A stretch of DNA of 32,705 nt from Hydrurus foetidus (Eukaryota). The number at the start of each line of letters is the position of its first letter. Position 1 is the stretch's first letter. The stretch is from NCBI GenBank assembly GCA_900617105.1, contig UYFQ01000850.1:1-32705 (forward strand), written 5' to 3'. Position numbers and translations under genes: made by a program. Below the pieces are notes generated by a model. It searched no databases. It worked only from the letters and a program-made list of their open reading frames with translations, and was not told the origin of the DNA. Below are positions 27,001-32,705 of this stretch, in pieces.

Positions 27001-28518
27001 TATATATATATGTGTGCATGTGTGTGAGAGTGAGAGAGTATATACATATATGTGCATGTATGTGTGTATAGGGGTGAGGGAGGGAGAGAGGTGAGGTCGA
27101 GGGAAATAGAAGAATATGTCTGAAAAAGGAGGGGATGGAAGAACGAGTAGGAGAGATGAGAAAGGTGTAGTGGTTGATATTGAGGGGGGGAATGAAGATA
27201 GATTAAGGATGAATGAAGTCAGAAGTAGTCATCACGATCGATGAAGAACAGGTCGCAATCGAGCAAAAAGGATGTTTAGTCTGCCAGTGAACTGATTACT
27301 ACGAGGTGTTCGATGTCGACTGATAGATGGAGGGTGATTTGAAGTCGGCCATTATCAGGGAGGAAGAAGTTGAGTTGGAAGAAGTTATGAAGCAAAAATT
27401 TGATGAGTAGTTCACTGTGTCATGATCGGACTAGTCCAGAGAAGATATTATCATAGGTTGTTCTGATGCGTGATGTCGGATACCATGTCACTGTCAGTAC
27501 CTCCAAGGGCTTGTCCCATGACGGCCTGCACATCACATCCGCGACAACAGTCCACCCAATGTTCGACACGCTGTAATAAGATGGCATAATTAACTGATTG
27601 GAAAAACAGTTGATATGCTAAATAGTGCAGTGCTGGTTGTGCTTTATTTCTCGTTGTCCTGCACTGTACCTTTCTCTGTGTGCCCACCAGTGAGGACTAC
27701 TGCCCTGCTCTGGTCGGTCTGCCTCACAGGGCCGATCACGCGCAAAAATTCGCTGCAACATATGAGTGGTTCGATCGATAGTTATGAATGACTGTACACG
27801 ATGCTTCGATATGTTGATGACTCAAGTGCTCGTGACATAATAGAAGTTTTACGTCTAATGCTCCGTATCACTTTTTTGCAAAAAAAAATTACTTCGTGTT
27901 AGGAGATTGCAAAACATGCCTCAAAATGAGTCTGTATCGAGTTGCATGTGTCATTGAAGTAGATCACGGGAGAATTCAACTTACCACTCGACCGAGCATA
28001 CCACCCACAGAGACTGAAAGGAGATCTACTTCAAAGGGACCGTTGCATTTAATATCGAACAATACACCATTATAGCTGTGGTCGGCTCTCGCTGCCGTGA
28101 TCTTTGTTTCTAAAGTTCTTTTCTTATCTTCGTCTTTTATGCTTGCCTCCTCGTCGATTTCCTTCACAGCTTTCGTCATTTTTGATTTTCTTTCGGCCGC
28201 ATATCGCTCAGCTGACAAACCTAGAGCGTGTAATGTCATCACAGCGCCATTTTTAATGCCGCAATCGCGTAAGCTCATGTAGTCTCTCCCTTCAAGAAGT
28301 TTGTCGTTATTGCGCTCCACATCAGTTAAGTCACAAAGGATGACAACTTGATCAGCGATCGGAATTCCAGTGAGTTCCTCTAGCTGTTCTTTCAAAACAC
28401 TGAGAGGAGAATGAAGAGCAACAGGCAGGCTGAGTTCTTCATTCTTACTCGATCCACTGCCTGCGGAATCAGTTCCCCCCAGAATAGTTATGCAGACTGT
28501 GCAGCCCCGGCCAGCCAT
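24701..28518 (-). CDS. Uncharacterised protein: N-terminal ubiquitin-like domain, globular middle domain, acidic tail; ~640 aa, 9 exons
   Basis: Predicted exons 28518-27985, 27752-27670, 27570-27501, 26944-26810, 26602-26496, 26269-26121, 25909-25731, 25492-25385, 25264-24701; GT-AG and phase-consistent (1929 nt). UBL-like LSVLKEQLEELTGIPIADQVVI...SLRDCGIKNGAVMTL. Confidence 0.8.
25500..25670. repeat. Intronic purine-rich (GA)/(ATAG)n simple repeat
   Basis: GAGA/ATAG runs on +, forming the polypyrimidine tract of a minus-strand intron (25730-25493). Confidence 0.85.
26946..27070. repeat. Compound microsatellite (TG)n(AG)n(TA)n abutting a splice acceptor
   Basis: Directly visible; on the minus strand it reads ...ACACACAG|ATTGTA at the exon starting 26944. 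Confidence 0.95.
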
Positions 28519-28714
28519 GTTGTTGTCCTTTCAAAGAGTCTGGTACACCTTCGGCGCCGCGTCTCGTGTGACTTTAGCACCGTGGCGGCTTTGTTTCCTT
28601 GGATGCACTAGCATTACAGATAACAAATTTTCCATCCCATGACTCAAAGTTGAAATTCCGAATGCGACACACTTTCAATTTTGGATTCGGGCACTTCACT
28701 CCCCCGCCGGATTC

Positions 28715-28993
28715 TGTTGGAAATCTGGGCGATTTACACGGAATTTCTTCCGAGTTCCCAAACGATCCCTGCACTTCCGACTGCTAGCAACGCTTGCTCA
28801 AAAGAGAAGAAGACGTTCTATTCGGTAAGTTGGATTAAACGACAGTGACATGCTGTCGATTACATCTAGGTAGCATAACATGAGTGCGAGGGTTGCGGTC
28901 AATGCTATCGCTGAATGTACGTACACCCGTGCATGAAAACAATCATACATCACACAGGGTACAAGATCCTAGTCTAATCCGGATATCACAACA
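28715..28993 (-). repeat. Candidate 3' LTR of the copia element
   Basis: Begins TGTTG (minus, 28993) immediately after CATGGGGGTG. The nearest matching CAACA terminus ends at 28715. The second LTR and TSD are not in the window, so the end point is unverified. Confidence 0.4.
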
Positions 28994-29502
28994 CACCCCC
29001 ATGATGGTTATTGTTTGAATAAGTGAATATGTTAATTAGCATATGCTTATATAGTATACTTATTGGTTATTGTTCATAATGTTTCACACAACACTCAGAT
29101 AGGGAGCTTAGTGTTAGGGTATGGTAAACAGTAAATTTTCTTAAAAATATTTTTCACGGAATTTTTAATATTGACAAGTTGCGTCGTGATATGGTGAAAA
29201 ATAAAACATGGGTGGTTGGATTAGTAAATGGGTATTGCTCGAGAAAAACTATTTGTAAACCGTCAAAAAGCCTCAGCTGGTGACCGGTCTCGAGTTCGAT
29301 CCAACCGATGTTGGTGCCCTTAAATCCGCTAAAACGTCGACATTCGATGTCGCAAAAGCGGTGCATCGATGTCCCTCGCGGTCCTATCAAACAAATGTTG
29401 ATTTAAAGCGAAATCAGATTTTTATTTTTATTTTGTAATTTATCTGGAAAAAGCGCTATAAGTGGGTAAGTCAAAATCAATAAATAACTCCCCTGAATTT
29501 CT

Positions 29503-31665
29503 TTATACATTGAGCACTTGGTCGCGTAGCTCTTGGAATAGCTTCCCCTGCAGTGGCTTGGTCAGCAAATCTGCAATCATTTCTTTAGTACTCTTGTAGG
29601 TTACAATAATATGGTCTGATTTAATTCGGTCATGCAGGAAGAAAAACTTGATGTCTATGTGTCTGGTTCTTTCACTGTTGGACCTACCGTTCTTAACTAA
29701 CTGAATTGTTGATAGGTTATCTTGGTATATTAAAGCTGGACCTACCTCATACCCTTGATGGATAAGGAAATTCCTAGTCCATAAAACCTGATTACCTGCT
29801 TCAGTCATAGCTACTAGTTCTGCCTCTGTGCTAGACGTAGTATTTAATTTCTGTGTGGAACTCTTACCATATATTGCTCCCTTACCTAGTGTTATAATGC
29901 AGCCAGTGTGACTCTTCTTATCTGCATGTACAGCGTATGATGCATCTATATAGGCTATAACCTTAACCGGAGTATCTATCTCTAGGGTCAGCGGCATAGC
30001 TCTGGTCTCTCTGATATACCGTATAGTATGCGCTAACTTATTCCAGTCATCGGTTCTAGGTTCTAAGACTCTTTTAGTTAGATATGCTATACATGTCAGT
30101 ATGTCTGGTCTAGTTCTCTTACTTAGGTATAACAACTTAGCTGTTAGTGAGTGGAATCTCTCGCGTTCTTTATCTTTCAATAAAGGACTGTTAAGATCGA
30201 TCTTGAATAGATTATCGTCGGCAGGTGTTCTAGACACCCCCACAATCTCTATGCAATCGTCTAACAAGTCTTTTATGAAACCTTCCATGGATATGACAAC
30301 TCTGCCTAACTGCTCAAAGTTAAAAGTCATACCTATATAATTCAACACTCTGCCTCTACTCTTAGTCAGGCCTGGGTATAGGTTTTCTATCTCTGAAATT
30401 ATACTATCTATACGCTTCTCATCCCTACTGCTGATCATCATATCGTCAACATGGATAACTAAAGTAGTCTGAGTGGAATCTAGCTCAGTCCTATTGAATA
30501 CACATATGTCTGATGGATTTACCTTATAGCCTAACTGTGTTAAGTCTGATGATATCTTATCGTACCATAACTTAGCTGACTCTACGCATCCATATAATGC
30601 TTTCTTAAGTTTAACTACTACTGTTCCTTTCTCATTTACATACTTCTGATAGGACTTGTCAATGCTAACTAATATGTTAGTCAAATATTTATTCAGTCTC
30701 ATCAGCACTGCATGGTCACCGTCTAGTGGCATATCACTGTTGAGGAATGCACCAGGAAAATCGATCATAGCGACCGCTCGATTTTCACTAGCAGCAATTG
30801 CAGCAACAATAAATACGCTAGTGGTGCTAACAGTTGGTGATGAACCGTTATCGTATATATTTCTATCTTGTAAATGACCTCCTGCTACAAGTCTAGATTT
30901 TAGCTTATCAAATTTACCATCTGCTGTATACTTATCTTTTAAAAACATACTGCTGGTTATGATACTTTTCCTCTGATTGTAACTAAGACTGTTGAGGTGA
31001 ACTGCCTCCCACACATTCTTATCACACATCTGTTGTAACTCTTTTTTAATGGAATCTACGGCTATTTCGCCTAATTTCTGTACTCCTTCTGTTACGGTCA
31101 TGTTCATCATGTACTTACACATAACTGAATCTTTGTAGCTAGGTATACTTAAACCTACTAATCTCTTATTCCATCTGCCTGGCTGATGGTTTCTAGCACT
31201 ACGTCTGGGTTGTTTATCTAGAATTTCCTCTGACTTGCTATTTTCTGTGGTGGGGGTATCTACCTCCTCATCACTGTCTACACCAAATATATCATTCATT
31301 AATGCATCGGGGTCAGTTGGTGTATCGTCATACACTACATCCTCTCCTTCATTAACGTATATATCATTTGGTATGTATTCTGTTAATTGTTCGAACTCTG
31401 ATTCGTAAGCTACATCAGAATTGCCATCGTATGAGTCAAAATTATTTGCTATCTCATGATGCACAAATTCGTCTTCTGTAGGGTAACTATACGGTGTTAT
31501 CATGTCAGGTGTCTGCAACTCAAATTCATCGTTGGAGTAATCATTTCCATCGTCTTCGAGGATTTGATTACTCTGTTCGAAAATAGGTTGCTTGACATTC
31601 ACTGACATATTTAATTTCCTCTCAGATGCTAACTTATCGAGGTAACTGATCACATCATCTGTCAT
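29503..31665 (-). CDS. pol: Copia Pol: reverse transcriptase + RNase H
   Basis: KLKSRLVAGG, SPTV, IDFPGAFLNS, LKKALYG, IHVDDMMI, TRPDI, YIDASYA, SSTEAELVA, YQDN, RTRHIDIKFFF, MIADLLTKPL. Confidence 0.95.
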   Translation of the reverse strand: MTDDVISYLDKLASERKLNMSVNVKQPIFEQSNQILEDDGNDYSNDEFELQTPDMITPYSYPTEDEFVHHEIANNFDSYDGNSDVAYESEFEQLTEYIPNDIYVNEGEDVVYDDTPTDPDALMNDIFGVDSDEEVDTPTTENSKSEEILDKQPRRSARNHQPGRWNKRLVGLSIPSYKDSVMCKYMMNMTVTEGVQKLGEIAVDSIKKELQQMCDKNVWEAVHLNSLSYNQRKSIITSSMFLKDKYTADGKFDKLKSRLVAGGHLQDRNIYDNGSSPTVSTTSVFIVAAIAASENRAVAMIDFPGAFLNSDMPLDGDHAVLMRLNKYLTNILVSIDKSYQKYVNEKGTVVVKLKKALYGCVESAKLWYDKISSDLTQLGYKVNPSDICVFNRTELDSTQTTLVIHVDDMMISSRDEKRIDSIISEIENLYPGLTKSRGRVLNYIGMTFNFEQLGRVVISMEGFIKDLLDDCIEIVGVSRTPADDNLFKIDLNSPLLKDKERERFHSLTAKLLYLSKRTRPDILTCIAYLTKRVLEPRTDDWNKLAHTIRYIRETRAMPLTLEIDTPVKVIAYIDASYAVHADKKSHTGCIITLGKGAIYGKSSTQKLNTTSSTEAELVAMTEAGNQVLWTRNFLIHQGYEVGPALIYQDNLSTIQLVKNGRSNSERTRHIDIKFFFLHDRIKSDHIIVTYKSTKEMIADLLTKPLQGKLFQELRDQVLNV

Positions 31666-31672
31666 AGGTAAG

Positions 31673-32701
31673 CTAGTAGCCTTTGTCCTCTTCTACTTTT
31701 AAGTTAGCTAACAGCAGATAATACCATGAACCTTCTAGGTTGCCTGCACTAACTAATGCTATTGCTGCCTGTGATCTGGGTTTAGTCGAGTTGTCCACGG
31801 AATCGGTATGTACTTGTACGTAATCACCGAAACCGTGTTTCAACTCCTTATCTACGTTAATCTTTCTACCGTATAATTTCTCTCTGGGGCTGACGTAAGC
31901 TACACTGTTTCTAGTTGGTACTAAATTTAATCTGTTCACAACATATCTAAGTAACCAACTTTCTAGTAGCTCACTCAGTGAAAAAGGTACCGTGTTGATG
32001 ATGGCACGAACACGTTCCTTGATCACTCTGATCTTCCTCTCAACTACAGCTACTGCTTCTCCTGCTCCAGTACTGTCTAATATAATACCTAGTGCGGCTA
32101 GCTTACTCTCAAAACTTATAGTGTTAACTGCCGACTCTCCGTCTATTCTTATCATAGTTATCTTAAATCCATACTTAGTAATGTGATGTACGTTGCTCTC
32201 TAAGTTCATCCATAAGGAAGACTTGTTTTTACGTGAGAGTTTACATATCATCACATATTCTAAGGGATTTGTAACAGTGACTAGATAGGGTATCGAGTTC
32301 ACAAACATCAGATCTATGTACATAACCTGGTTCAGGAACTGCCTATCTACTACTGGCATCTCTTCCTCTAATACAGTTTTGTGACTAGTTGTTTTCCCCT
32401 TAAGGGAACCCAAATCTGGTCCAAAAATATCTAATGCTCTAACTACATCTTGTGCTGTTATGTCACTCTTATCTAATTTCCCCTGACCTATTAATTTAAT
32501 TAACTGTCCTGGGCTGGCGTAACCTAACTTTCTCTGATACTCTCTAGCTAACTCTGCTGACTTAACTTGTCTAGCTGTATACAGTTTCTTCTTATCCTTA
32601 ACTGTCATGACCATGATCGATTTATCGAACGATACATTCTTGTAACTGACATTTCTGTCTAAGTCGCATAGATATATGTTCGTAGACTGATCATGGACAA
32701 A
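31673..32701 (-). pseudogene. pol: Copia Pol: integrase region, separated from RT by a frameshift near 31693
   Basis: DDE triad in YIDLMFV / IRIDGES / VVERKIRVIKER; SPREKLYG, FGDYVQ. The frame continues upstream to a TGA at 32702-32704. Confidence 0.88.
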
Positions 32702-32705
32702 TCAA

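Larger units (their letters stand above)
28715..32705 (-). mobile_element. Ty1/copia LTR retrotransposon, 3' portion (left boundary tentative)
   Basis: Domain order integrase - RT - RNase H on the minus strand; AT-rich relative to host exons; PPT-like GGGGGTG followed by TGTTG at 28993. Confidence 0.92.

Noticed and set aside
28574..28830. Possible + strand first exon ending at TCG|GTAAGT
   Set aside because: No ATG-initiated open frame reaches the donor; cannot be supported.
29487..29502. AGGGGAG right after the RNase H stop as the copia PPT
   Set aside because: It is not followed by TG; the GGGGGTG|TGTTG site near 29000 fits better, though confirmation needs the 5' LTR.

Overview
Eukaryotic genomic DNA with GT-AG introns rich in microsatellites. 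It is probably from a plastid-bearing stramenopile, an inference from a signal-peptide+Phe bipartite leader. The window holds four multi-exon host genes and three classes of transposable element. (1) 1-7440 is a minus-strand Ty3/gypsy chromovirus-like LTR retrotransposon present as two tandem ~4.45-kb copies. The right copy lacks RT/RNase H through an internal deletion, and its chromodomain is joined to a duplicated 352-bp piece of the neighbouring host gene (upstream region plus part of exon 1), which now lies between two LTRs. (2) 7588-14131 is an 8-exon myotubularin with a variant active site, HCSHGWDRT. (3) 14442-15281 is an 840-bp non-autonomous hAT-like DNA transposon with TIRs, an 8-bp TSD and a BED-finger remnant. 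(4) 15715-18193 is a putatively plastid-targeted calcineurin-like metallophosphoesterase. (5) 19839-23347 is a LamG-like + GH47 alpha-1,2-mannosidase. (6) 24701-28518 (-) is an uncharacterised ubiquitin-like-domain protein. (7) ~28715-32705 (-) is the 3' part of a Ty1/copia element with a frameshifted pol. All exon structures were derived by hand from splice signals and frame continuity; no database searches were run.
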